A model generated the notes under the pieces. The model saw only the letters and a list, made by a program, of their open reading frames with translations, searched no databases and was not told where the DNA came from. The position numbers and the translations under genes were made by a program. A stretch of DNA of 64,000 nt, from the IMG/VR virus record IMGVR_UViG_3300018065_000012; one strand, given 5' to 3'. The DNA comes from a virus (lineage: Duplodnaviria > Heunggongvirae > Uroviricota > Caudoviricetes). Of this stretch, positions 1 through 8,319 are shown one piece after another (position 1 is the stretch's first letter; every line of letters starts with the position of its first letter).

Positions 1-1
1 T

Positions 2-76
2 ACGTTTAATGAGACGTGGAATAAATTGGATTTTGAATCCACCAAGATGGAAGATTACTTGAAGGGGTTGAAATAA
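2..76 (+). CDS. 3' end of upstream gene (partial); C-terminus ...DYLKGLK resembles C-termini of downstream family members
   Basis: Open frame from window edge to TAA at 74-76. Confidence 0.3.
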   Translation, partial: TFNETWNKLDFESTKMEDYLKGLK

Positions 77-135
77 TATTTGAGCAAAAAAATTTGAAAA
101 GTGAAAAGCGGTCTTTGTTACAAGGGTTTGGGAAA

Positions 136-444
136 ATGGATGATAAAGAGATAGCTCAGGAGCTTTTGAGAACTGCTCAATTACTTATTAGCGGTATCCC
201 TTCTGCCGTTGCTAAAAAAAATCTTGCCAAGGCATATGCTTTGAAGATTGAGTCAGCAAAGAGTAAAGCGCCGATGAGACATCAGCAAAGGTTTCACGAC
301 AGATTTCAGAAATTATACGATAAGTTGTCTTCTAAGCATCCAGACGTAGACATGAATTCTGCTGGGTTTTGGGGATCACTTGAAAGGCATGCGAAGAAGT
401 GGTGGGACAGCAGGGGGATGAAAGGGCCATCTGTAGATTGGTAA
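136..444 (+). CDS. small protein, N-terminal ELLK-AK helix family (MDDKEIAQELLRTAQLLIS)
   Basis: ORF 94..444 trimmed to internal ATG preceded by gggaaa SD-like; N-terminal family motif. Confidence 0.55.
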   Translation: MDDKEIAQELLRTAQLLISGIPSAVAKKNLAKAYALKIESAKSKAPMRHQQRFHDRFQKLYDKLSSKHPDVDMNSAGFWGSLERHAKKWWDSRGMKGPSVDW

Positions 445-481
445 AAGTGAAAAGCGTCCTTTTCTTACAGGGATGGGGAAA

Positions 482-754
482 ATGAAGAAAGTGGCTTTTG
501 AGCTTTTGAAGATAGCAAAGCTTATGAACGCTGATGTGCAGGCGCCTTCAGTGCTTAAGAAGGGAACGAAGTTCACAGGCGAGGGAGGTATTGAGTTTGT
601 GGTGAAGGAGATTTGGGTAGGGATTCCTCAGCATAGTTTTACCAGTGACGGAATGACGTGGATAAGTTACAGCTACAAAATGCCAGAAGGTCGTAAGGGA
701 ACTGAGAAGAACACTTTGGAAAATTTCTTGAAGCTTGTTCGGCAGGGGAAGTAA
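482..754 (+). CDS. small protein, ELLK-AK family (MKKVAFELLKIAKLMNA); C-terminus paralogous to 5924..6448
   Basis: N-terminal motif; leader nearly identical to that of 136..444. Confidence 0.6.
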   Translation: MKKVAFELLKIAKLMNADVQAPSVLKKGTKFTGEGGIEFVVKEIWVGIPQHSFTSDGMTWISYSYKMPEGRKGTEKNTLENFLKLVRQGK

Positions 755-755
755 A

Positions 756-1214
756 ATGGAAAATACAAAAATCGCTGGTGAATTATTGAAGTTGGCTGGT
801 CAATTACTTGGGCCGGGAAAGCCGGACGGGACTGGGCCTGTTGGATTGGGTCGTAGGCGCAGGCGGCGAGAGCAGGAATGCGACGAAGACGGTTTTTACG
901 AGCCTATGAGCAATGAAGACGAATGTGAGGAGGCTGTTGCTCAGGAGATTTTGAAGGCTTCAAAGTTAGTAAACGCTACTGACGACAAAACAAAGGCTAA
1001 GATTGCGTTAAGGGCATTATCGAGGGCAACGACGCACATGGATAAGTTGGTTGATGAGTTGCATTATTCTCATCAAGAGTTTCCAGATTTAGGAACAAAG
1101 GGTTCAAGATTGAAAGCAAGACTAAAAAAGATTATGGAGGCTGCAAACAAGGTTCAGACGTTGAGTGCGATGTCTTACAGTGATTTGGAGTCATATTTGA
1201 AGGCGGTGAAGTAA
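756..1214 (+). CDS. small protein, ELLK-AK family (MENTKIAGELLKLAGQLLGPG)
   Basis: ATG at 756 after ggcaggggaag SD; family motif then Gly/Pro/Arg-rich linker. Confidence 0.65.
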   Translation: MENTKIAGELLKLAGQLLGPGKPDGTGPVGLGRRRRRREQECDEDGFYEPMSNEDECEEAVAQEILKASKLVNATDDKTKAKIALRALSRATTHMDKLVDELHYSHQEFPDLGTKGSRLKARLKKIMEAANKVQTLSAMSYSDLESYLKAVK

Positions 1215-1549
1215 TGGAAAACAAAAAAATAGCATCTGAGCTTTTGAAGTTGGCTAAGAGTTTGGTTGGGGTGCGCATAAACAAAAGCAGCATCAAAAAG
1301 AAATTGATGGCCAACGTAGTCAACAAGTTTACGGTAGTAGCTCCAGACGACAAAGAATTTGAATTTTCGACATCTGGGAGTTCAGCGGAAGGAATCAACG
1401 GTTATTTATTCCGCGATAAGACGCCTTGGGTAGAATGGGATTGTTACGACGATGGCGTAAAGAAGGCTTTGGGATTCAGAACAATAAGGATGATTTGGTC
1501 TGTGGCTAAGAACGGCGTATTGAAGCCTTTTGATATTACGTTCAAATAA
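1214..1549 (+). CDS. small protein, ELLK-AK family (MENKKIASELLKLAKSLVG)
   Basis: Family motif; 5' 57 nt ~90% identical to 1561..1617. Confidence 0.7.
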   Translation: MENKKIASELLKLAKSLVGVRINKSSIKKKLMANVVNKFTVVAPDDKEFEFSTSGSSAEGINGYLFRDKTPWVEWDCYDDGVKKALGFRTIRMIWSVAKNGVLKPFDITFK

Positions 1550-1560
1550 GGAAGAGTTCG

Positions 1561-1788
1561 ATGGAAAACGCAAAAATAGCATCTGAGCTTTTGAAGTTAG
1601 CAAAGAGTTTGGTTGGTCAGAAGGACTTGGATGTTCGCAAAGTGAAAGCTATTCGCAAGAAAGTGATAGAGGCTCGGAATGCCATATCGAACTTGAAGGG
1701 TGAGATTTCAAAGTCAGAAATAAACAAGTTGGATTCAGTGATGAAGCAGTTGGACAAGGCTGCTGAAGGTTTGTATTATTTCATATAG
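1561..1788 (+). CDS. small protein, ELLK-AK family (MENAKIASELLKLAKSLVG)
   Basis: Family motif; aggaag SD. Confidence 0.7.
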   Translation: MENAKIASELLKLAKSLVGQKDLDVRKVKAIRKKVIEARNAISNLKGEISKSEINKLDSVMKQLDKAAEGLYYFI

Positions 1789-1798
1789 GATTCTTGAA

Positions 1799-2020
1799 AT
1801 GAATGGAGTCGCTCTTGAACTTTTGAAAGTTGCTAAATTGGTAAAGGCTGGGGCGATTACTGACAAGGCAGAGCGGTTTGTAATGTCTGCTGATCACAGT
1901 TTTTCTTTAGCATTGGAAGGCATAGCAGAAGTCGCTACAAAGGCAAAGAAGCGTTCGATTGCCAATGCGATAACAAAGGCGGCGAAAGACGTACAGCGAT
2001 TGGAAGCGAAGGGGGAGTAA
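1799..2020 (+). CDS. small protein, ELLK-AK family (MNGVALELLKVAKLVKAG)
   Basis: Family motif variant. Confidence 0.6.
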   Translation: MNGVALELLKVAKLVKAGAITDKAERFVMSADHSFSLALEGIAEVATKAKKRSIANAITKAAKDVQRLEAKGE

Positions 2021-2451
2021 TGGAAAACAAAAAAGTCGCTCAAGAGCTTTTGAAGATTTCCAAGCTTTTGTCTGCCGGTTATCAGGATTGGGGTTTGCGT
2101 TGGAGCGAGTTTGACCGCAACGATCGCATAAAGACCAAGCAGAAGTTTTTCAAGGATGAAAAAGCGCGCAAGAAGTTCATTGACAAGCTGGAAAAGAAAG
2201 ATAACTTCAAGGGCGTTGAAAGTTATTCAGACCCAAAGACAGCGAAGGTTTTATCAGGAGCTTACAAAGACGATTTGGAGAAGATAATCGACAATCGTGG
2301 TTTGAAGAGCGTGATTGATACGATTGCGCAAATCTGTCATGACAAAGCGCAGCATGTAAGGGAGAATCAGCAAGACGAGCGTCGGGCGAAGTTGTGGGAA
2401 AAGGACGCAAAGCATTTGGAGCGTGCTCATCTCAAGCTTGAGAATTACTAA
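2020..2451 (+). CDS. small protein, ELLK-AK family (MENKKVAQELLKISKLLSAG)
   Basis: Family motif; ATG overlaps preceding stop (TAATG). Confidence 0.7.
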   Translation: MENKKVAQELLKISKLLSAGYQDWGLRWSEFDRNDRIKTKQKFFKDEKARKKFIDKLEKKDNFKGVESYSDPKTAKVLSGAYKDDLEKIIDNRGLKSVIDTIAQICHDKAQHVRENQQDERRAKLWEKDAKHLERAHLKLENY

Positions 2452-2461
2452 AGGATTTGAA

Positions 2462-2803
2462 ATGAAGAAAGTCGCCGTTGAACTTTTGAAGATGGCTAAG
2501 TTGTTAATCAGTGAAGAGCGTGAGGAGTTGATACAGTTTGCTAAGGACGTACAGAAGAAGTTGGAATCCAAGGCAAGGATGAGGTTTAAGCGTAAGACAG
2601 GAACATCCAGAAAGCCTTTCGTTGGTTTTGAGGTAAAGAATTGGCAGGATGAAGTGATTCCAAATGAAATTCGTGTATTGGTAGCAAAGACGCTTGGAGT
2701 TACGGGAGTGAAGAATTGGGACAATGTAAATTACGGAAATATTACGCCGCAGCGCATTGTTTTGAGAAAAGAGCAATGGGAAAAGGTTTTGAAAAAGCTA
2801 TAG
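2462..2803 (+). CDS. small protein, ELLK-AK family (MKKVAVELLKMAKLLISEE)
   Basis: Family motif at internal ATG of ORF 2423..2803. Confidence 0.65.
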   Translation: MKKVAVELLKMAKLLISEEREELIQFAKDVQKKLESKARMRFKRKTGTSRKPFVGFEVKNWQDEVIPNEIRVLVAKTLGVTGVKNWDNVNYGNITPQRIVLRKEQWEKVLKKL

Positions 2804-2816
2804 GGAGACTTTAGAA

Positions 2817-3353
2817 ATGAAAGACGTTGCGCGTGAGTTGATTATAGCCAAAATCATTCGGCGTACAAAACTAAATGAGGACGGCAGCGCAAGAGTAGAC
2901 AACAAAGGCGTTGCGAAAGAGCTTTTGAAGATAGCCAAACTTTTATCTGCTAAGCGTTACAATGTGATTGACAAAATAGGAGACTGGGAGTTAGCCATTG
3001 AAGTACGTTGGGGAGGTTTAGTTACACCTATCATATTGAAGGGTGGCAAAGAAGTAGATCAGTTAGCTCCCAATATGAGACAACCCGCAGCCAAGAGGGA
3101 GTTCAAGAAGTACGTTCAGAAGCACGGGAGAAGGGCTAAATCTTTTACAAGCAAGGAAGGCAAAAAAGGCGACAGGGTAAGGATTATCAAAAACAAAAAG
3201 CTTGAGAAAGAGATGCCCGGCATAATTGGGATGACTGGCGAGTTTGGCGGATATTCAAGCCGTGGTGCAAGGGTGAAAAACTTGACCAACAAAAGAGGAC
3301 GCGTTAGTTACGGGTTCACAGACGTTCCTTCGGATTCGATTGAGTTTATATAA
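2817..3353 (+). CDS. ELLK-AK family protein with two tandem N-terminal copies of the motif (MKDVARELIIAKII ... GVAKELLKIAKLLSAK)
   Basis: Motif duplicated within the same N-terminus. Confidence 0.65.
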   Translation: MKDVARELIIAKIIRRTKLNEDGSARVDNKGVAKELLKIAKLLSAKRYNVIDKIGDWELAIEVRWGGLVTPIILKGGKEVDQLAPNMRQPAAKREFKKYVQKHGRRAKSFTSKEGKKGDRVRIIKNKKLEKEMPGIIGMTGEFGGYSSRGARVKNLTNKRGRVSYGFTDVPSDSIEFI

Positions 3354-3364
3354 AGGATTTGGAT

Positions 3365-3601
3365 ATGGACAACAAAAAGGTTGCTCAAGAGTTGTTGAAG
3401 ATTGCAAAGGTTTTGAACGGCGCGGCAAGCGTGACGATGATTAACGCTTTGAAACGTTCGCTTGACAATTTGAAGAAGGTACAAAACATCGTAAAAAAAG
3501 ACCCAAAGCGTTATTGGGGAGCTTTGGAAGGACGTTTTGAAGAAATCGAGAAGAATACCAGAGAACTCTTGAAGTATTCTGTAGCGGGAACGAAGAAATG
3601 A
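3365..3601 (+). CDS. small protein, ELLK-AK family (MDNKKVAQELLKIAKVLNG)
   Basis: ATG 3365 with aagga SD 7 nt upstream; ORF table start 3359 is TTG. Confidence 0.65.
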   Translation: MDNKKVAQELLKIAKVLNGAASVTMINALKRSLDNLKKVQNIVKKDPKRYWGALEGRFEEIEKNTRELLKYSVAGTKK

Positions 3602-4677
3602 ATATAGTCACTGAGCTTAAAGTATTGCTTCAAAAACACAAAGCTGATAATTGGAAAAAGCTTTTGTTGGATTCCATTACTGAAGCAAAACAGAAAGCAA
3701 AGTTGGAAGGTTTGAGGGGAGCGGATAAGTTTCCTGTTGGTCTTGAAGGCAAAAATGGTTACTATGCCTATTTGGAAAAACTGGTAAAGTGGATTCCAAG
3801 GGAGAATTACGACGAGGAAGTGCTTTACCATTTGTGCGAATTTTATTGGCTGTTGAACCAGCCACCGGGAAAGAAGTTACAGAAGAGCAAAAGCTTCAAC
3901 AAGTGGATGCGTGATTTTGCAAATCAATGGGGCAGTTTTTTGAACACGGACGAATCTGCAAAAGACTTGCAAACCTTTGTTGATGATCCTGCTTTCAGGG
4001 CTGGCGATTACATGCCCAATCCGAGCGGTTGGAGAACGTTCAATCAATTTTTCGCAAGGGAAATCAAGCCGGGTTTGAGGCCGGTGGCAGGGATGTTTGA
4101 TGACAACATTGTATGTTCGTCTGCTGATTCGACATTCGTGCGGAAGTTCCCGATAGGCGAGGACAACGAAGTCGTCATAAAACTCACGCACAAATACAAA
4201 ATACTGGATTTGCTGGAAGGTAGTCCATATCAGGAGCGCTTCAAGGGTGGGATGTTCTATCATGCATTTTTGGGGCCGAATGATTATCACAGGTTTCGCG
4301 CTCCAGTACGTGGTACGGTTTTGGAGTGTCGCGCAATACAACAGAACGTTTATCTGCAAGTGAAAATCCAAGACGGCAAGTTTTCAGCTCCTGACGGGGC
4401 TGGATACGAGTTCACTCAAACGCGTGGTTTGATTGTATTCGACTCTCCAATTGGATTGGTAGCAGTATTGCCAATCGGAATGGCGCAGGTAAGCAGCGTC
4501 AATATGACGGCAGTGGTCGGGAGCTATCTTAATAAGGGTGAAGAGTTTGGTTACTTTATGTTTGGGGGTTCAGATATCATCATGTTGTTTGAAGAACAAA
4601 GCAACGTAGTGATTTCAGCGGCTCCGGGCGTCCACTACAATTGTGGAATGGCCATTGGCGAAACGGTGAGTGAATAG
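3598..4677 (+). CDS. phosphatidylserine decarboxylase-like (pyruvoyl-dependent) domain protein with a ~150-aa N-terminal extension carrying a weak family-like helix (MNIVTELKVLLQK)
   Basis: FLGPNDYHRFRAPVRGTV matches PSD GPxDYHRxH motif; FGGSDIIMLF resembles the LGST self-cleavage site. Confidence 0.5.
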   Translation: MNIVTELKVLLQKHKADNWKKLLLDSITEAKQKAKLEGLRGADKFPVGLEGKNGYYAYLEKLVKWIPRENYDEEVLYHLCEFYWLLNQPPGKKLQKSKSFNKWMRDFANQWGSFLNTDESAKDLQTFVDDPAFRAGDYMPNPSGWRTFNQFFAREIKPGLRPVAGMFDDNIVCSSADSTFVRKFPIGEDNEVVIKLTHKYKILDLLEGSPYQERFKGGMFYHAFLGPNDYHRFRAPVRGTVLECRAIQQNVYLQVKIQDGKFSAPDGAGYEFTQTRGLIVFDSPIGLVAVLPIGMAQVSSVNMTAVVGSYLNKGEEFGYFMFGGSDIIMLFEEQSNVVISAAPGVHYNCGMAIGETVSE

Positions 4678-4679
4678 CA

Positions 4680-5024
4680 ATGCGCCGAATGGGAGTTGCG
4701 GTACCATCAGAGAACAAAGGCGGCGACTGCTATCGAGCAGCGGGAACATATATTGTCGACAATGCATTTGGTAAAAATGGAGACAAATCATTGGTTCTTG
4801 TGCATGGAGAAGTAACCGGACAAGGGCCAATTGAGGGAGTCAAATACGGTCATGCTTGGGTTGAAAAAGGTGGCATGGTTATTGATAAATCAAACGACAG
4901 AGATATCAAGATGCCAAAAGCATTGTACTATGCATTGGGAAACATAAAGAAAACGGTTCGGTATACGTCGGAAGAAGTATTAGACAAAATAACAACGACA
5001 GAACATTGGGGACCATGGGACTGA
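4680..5024 (+). CDS. hypothetical protein (no family motif)
   Basis: 114-aa ORF tightly packed between neighbours. Confidence 0.5.
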   Translation: MRRMGVAVPSENKGGDCYRAAGTYIVDNAFGKNGDKSLVLVHGEVTGQGPIEGVKYGHAWVEKGGMVIDKSNDRDIKMPKALYYALGNIKKTVRYTSEEVLDKITTTEHWGPWD

Positions 5025-5116
5025 ACATGGCTACGAAAGAAATATTTAACAAGACAAGCAAGAAAAAGCAGCGAGTGCCTTCGCGATTACTTAAAAAACT
5101 TGAGGGGAAGAGAGCT

Positions 5117-5461
5117 ATGGAAAACAAAAAAGTAGCGGCTGAATTATTAAAGGTAGCGAGTCTTTTGTCGGCTGTGGACGTTGAGAAGATTCGTAAAGAC
5201 GCAATGAAGAATTATCAAAACGCTTTACAAAATGCGGTGAGGGCGATAAACAAATACGACCTTCATCGTACAGGGCTTGAGCTTGAATTAGCAAAGCGGT
5301 ATTTCAGAAAGGGCGGTATGGTTTTTGATATTCCAGCGCAAGAGACGTTGCGTCTGGTAGAGAAGGCAATGGCGTCTTTGAAAAAAGCAAGAGGCTTCAA
5401 AAGCAAGTTAGACGCTGAAATAAGCAATACGCGAGATTCTACACAACGAGCAATGCTGTAA
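5117..5461 (+). CDS. small protein, ELLK-AK family (MENKKVAAELLKVASLLSA)
   Basis: Internal ATG of ORF 5006..5461 preceded by ggggaagagagct; family motif. Confidence 0.6.
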   Translation: MENKKVAAELLKVASLLSAVDVEKIRKDAMKNYQNALQNAVRAINKYDLHRTGLELELAKRYFRKGGMVFDIPAQETLRLVEKAMASLKKARGFKSKLDAEISNTRDSTQRAML

Positions 5462-5572
5462 ATTCCTTTAAGGAGATTATGAGGTGGGACGTCAAACTGA
5501 AGCAGGAACGCTGGTTCGTTATGCGCGACAGATTATGGCCTTGGATGAGGAAATGACAGAGCACGAAAGAAG
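5458..5572 (+). repeat. dispersed direct repeat, copy 1 (partner 6859..6972; second segment 5880..5953 pairs with 6974..7047)
   Basis: ~90% identity including stop codon, SD and first 30 codons. Confidence 0.7.
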
Positions 5573-5927
5573 AGTGTTTGCCAAACAACTGTTAGTAGTG
5601 GCAAAACATCTTCAATGGAAGGCTTTACATAAAGCCGGAATAGATTTGAGCGGCGTAGACAAGAAAGCAATGAAGGCAATGGATGACGAATTGGACGTAG
5701 CGTTCAAAAGGGCTGAAGCCCGGAAAGAATTGGTAAATCAGATTCACGACGGGTTAAGTTTATTAGGCGACCTTGCGGAGAATCGTGGAGAAAAGAAATT
5801 AGCCTCAACGGTAAAACATAGTTGGAATCAACTTGAAAAGTTGGGAAAAGGGATACGTAGTGAGTTTGATAGGATTAAGCGGGAACAGTTGAGCGAAGAA
5901 ATCAAAGGCAAAAGGACAAAACAATGA
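5484..5927 (+). CDS. hypothetical protein; variant motif FAKQLLVVAKHL at residue ~32; full-length paralog of remnant 6884..7020
   Basis: GTG start with aaggag SD 7 nt upstream; ends ...EEIKGKRTKQ. Confidence 0.6.
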   Translation: MGRQTEAGTLVRYARQIMALDEEMTEHERRVFAKQLLVVAKHLQWKALHKAGIDLSGVDKKAMKAMDDELDVAFKRAEARKELVNQIHDGLSLLGDLAENRGEKKLASTVKHSWNQLEKLGKGIRSEFDRIKREQLSEEIKGKRTKQ

Positions 5928-6448
5928 GAAACAAAAAGTTAGCGGTTGAATTGGTAAAGGTAGCTAAGTTGTTGCTCGCAGCGGAACTTTCTGACGTAGC
6001 TTACGCTTTGGGAAAAGAATACGCTTATCGCTCAAAGCCTTCCAACAAAGAATATGCCGCGTTTGAAGCAACTCATACAAAGAAGCAAAGCAAGGCGTTG
6101 GATGATGCTGTTGGGCGTTTGGAACGGAAGGGAATCAAGGTCAAGAGTTTGAGTATTGAAGCGAAGAAAGTAAGGGATATTGAAAACCCCGTAGTGATAA
6201 TTTATTTGCCTGATTTGAAAAAAGAAATACCTTTGGAACTGCCAAACAAATTGGAGAAGGGGACGAAGTTTAGAGCAAGGGGTGGAACGAATATTGAAGT
6301 GAAGGGTGTTTGGATTAGCATTTTTCATGCGCGTCCAGAAAAATCATCCCCAAGAATTAAGTACAATTATAAAACGCCAGATGGAAAGTCGGGGACGGAA
6401 GAAAACACGTTGGTGAATTTCATTCGGTTGATCAAGCAAGGAGTTTGA
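5924..6448 (+). CDS. small protein, ELLK-AK family (MRNKKLAVELVKVAKLLLAA); C-terminal GTKF..GG..NTL.NF domain shared with 482..754
   Basis: Family motif; paralog of 7018..7437 at N-terminus. Confidence 0.7.
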   Translation: MRNKKLAVELVKVAKLLLAAELSDVAYALGKEYAYRSKPSNKEYAAFEATHTKKQSKALDDAVGRLERKGIKVKSLSIEAKKVRDIENPVVIIYLPDLKKEIPLELPNKLEKGTKFRARGGTNIEVKGVWISIFHARPEKSSPRIKYNYKTPDGKSGTEENTLVNFIRLIKQGV

Positions 6449-6449
6449 A

Positions 6450-6872
6450 ATGGAAAAGGTCGCTGCTGAACTAATCAAAATAGCAAAAAGCTTGCATAGA
6501 GCAAGAGCAATCTCAAGGTTTGCAAAAATCGATCAGTTTGGTAACGTTAAGATTGTTTGGATTTACCTTTTGCAGCATCAGGATGCTGCTTCGTGGGTTT
6601 GCAGTGACTTGCAAAAATTGGGCAGTATTATTGCAAATGAGAAAAACTCAGTCAAGAAAAAAGTTGAGGACGCTGTAGGAAGGGGAAGGATAGGGAGTAG
6701 TTCCGGTTCTTTGCAGTTGTTGCTTGGTAAGAATGCGCCGCGTTTTGAAGCGTGGATGGATTTTGATTTACAAGACGTTGCCGAAGACAAAGATGATTTG
6801 AAATTCATTGCAGCCGAAGCAATGGATGCAGTAGGAGAGATGAAGTTCAAGAAAGTAAGTAAATTCCTTTAA
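6450..6872 (+). CDS. small protein, ELLK-AK family (MEKVAAELIKIAKSL)
   Basis: Family motif. Confidence 0.65.
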   Translation: MEKVAAELIKIAKSLHRARAISRFAKIDQFGNVKIVWIYLLQHQDAASWVCSDLQKLGSIIANEKNSVKKKVEDAVGRGRIGSSSGSLQLLLGKNAPRFEAWMDFDLQDVAEDKDDLKFIAAEAMDAVGEMKFKKVSKFL

Positions 6873-6883
6873 GGAGAATATGA

Positions 6884-7020
6884 ATGGCACATCAAATTGA
6901 AGCAGGAACGCTGGTTCGTTATGCTCGGCAGATTATGGCATTGGATGAGGAAATGACCGAGCATGAAAGAAGGCGGGAACAGTTGAGTGATGAAATCAAA
7001 GGCAAGAGGACAAAACAATG
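6884..7020 (+). CDS. truncated paralog (45 aa) of 5484..5927 produced by ~306-nt in-frame internal deletion (MAHQIEAGTLVRYARQIMALDEEMTEHERR|REQLSDEIKGKRTKQ)
   Basis: DNA 6859..6972 and 6974..7047 repeat 5458..5572 and 5880..5953; reading frame preserved. Confidence 0.5.
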
Positions 7021-7437
7021 AGAAACAAAAAGTTAGCGGTTGAATTGATCAAGCTTGCAAGAGAACTTGTCGCAGAGGAAGTCGTTGATGATATGATGGG
7101 CAAGGTGGCTGACTTCTTGCATGAAAATCCAAAACCCTCAGATGACGATTTCCACGAATGGGCAGAAAAGGCAGGCGTGGATAAGCATGAAGCTGAAGCA
7201 GCGGCTTACAGGTTGGCAACCTTATTTGTTGAGTTTTGGAAAGACGGTCTTGCAAACAAGGAAGGCTTCAAAGAAGAAGACGCCGACCCTGAAGAATTGA
7301 AAATGGGCATTGAAATTGAGTACGAACATACGCCCAACCCAAAAGTATCAAAGCGTATTGCTTTGGACCATCTTGCAGAAATTTCTGATTATTATACGCG
7401 CCTTAAGAAAATGGAAGAGGAAGCAGGTGTAGAATGA
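7018..7437 (+). CDS. small protein, ELLK-AK family (MRNKKLAVELIKLARELVAEE)
   Basis: Family motif; 5' DNA near-identical to 5924 start. Confidence 0.7.
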   Translation: MRNKKLAVELIKLARELVAEEVVDDMMGKVADFLHENPKPSDDDFHEWAEKAGVDKHEAEAAAYRLATLFVEFWKDGLANKEGFKEEDADPEELKMGIEIEYEHTPNPKVSKRIALDHLAEISDYYTRLKKMEEEAGVE

Positions 7438-7997
7438 AAAAACTCGTGAGAGAACTTTTGAAGATTGCCGAGGTTATCCGTTTTACAAAGTGGAACAAGG
7501 ACGGGAGTATCGAACGAAAAGAAATTTGGGACGAACAAGCGGCAGCAAAAGAAATAGCAAAGGTCTCAAAATTGATTTCTGGCGCGTCGCTTGGACCCGG
7601 TTTCAAAAACACCTATCAAGGCTATGAATTTGTAAGAACCATACGCGCCAATAGAATGGCCAAGGGTAAGATATATGGAATGTCTTACAAGGGCGGCAAC
7701 CAAGGTCAAGACATAATTCGTTTGCTTGGCTATTCCGATGTGACTCCGAAATACGGAGATGGCGGAGTCGTCTTCAATACTTTGAAAGACGTCAAAAAGA
7801 AATATGGCGTGAAGAATATGAGAGAGCTTGAGAAAATCGACGATAAGTTGAACTTGCCATACGGTCACGGAATTTACATGTGGGTTGAAAGTTTGCCAAG
7901 CGGTTCCAAAGGTCCGTGGTATTATCCTTTCAATGGCCGTTGGTCCCGTGGAAGTGGCGCAGAAAAAATTACCTTTTGGGAAGTGAAAAAAGCATAA
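7434..7997 (+). CDS. small protein, ELLK-AK family (MKKLVRELLKIAEVIRF)
   Basis: Family motif; ATGA overlap with upstream gene. Confidence 0.65.
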   Translation: MKKLVRELLKIAEVIRFTKWNKDGSIERKEIWDEQAAAKEIAKVSKLISGASLGPGFKNTYQGYEFVRTIRANRMAKGKIYGMSYKGGNQGQDIIRLLGYSDVTPKYGDGGVVFNTLKDVKKKYGVKNMRELEKIDDKLNLPYGHGIYMWVESLPSGSKGPWYYPFNGRWSRGSGAEKITFWEVKKA

Positions 7998-8019
7998 ACA
8001 TTTAATGGAGCGTTAAATC

Positions 8020-8319
8020 ATGAACGACAAACAACTTGCGCAACGACTGTTAAAATTGGCTGGTTCGCTTTTGGGTCCGGGGATTCCCGATGGAACCGGG
8101 CCGATGGGTGGAACGCCCGAATGTCCAATGAGTAACGCCGTCGAGGAGCCTGTTGAAGCTGATCCCGTTGAGCAGATTCTTGAAAACCAAGAAGAAATCA
8201 TGGAAGAGCTGGATGAAATTGAAGATGTCTTGGACGTTCACCCACCAGAACATCATATGGCGGCTGAGCTGGTAAAGATTGCAAAGGAACTTATCAAAGA
8301 GGGAAAGGACGATGCCTGA
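8020..8319 (+). CDS. ELLK-AK family protein with motif at both ends (N-terminal MNDKQLAQRLLKLAGSLLGPG; C-terminal MAAELVKIAKELIKEGKDDA)
   Basis: Motif at both termini; GPG.PDGTGP linker as in 756..1214. Confidence 0.65.
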   Translation: MNDKQLAQRLLKLAGSLLGPGIPDGTGPMGGTPECPMSNAVEEPVEADPVEQILENQEEIMEELDEIEDVLDVHPPEHHMAAELVKIAKELIKEGKDDA

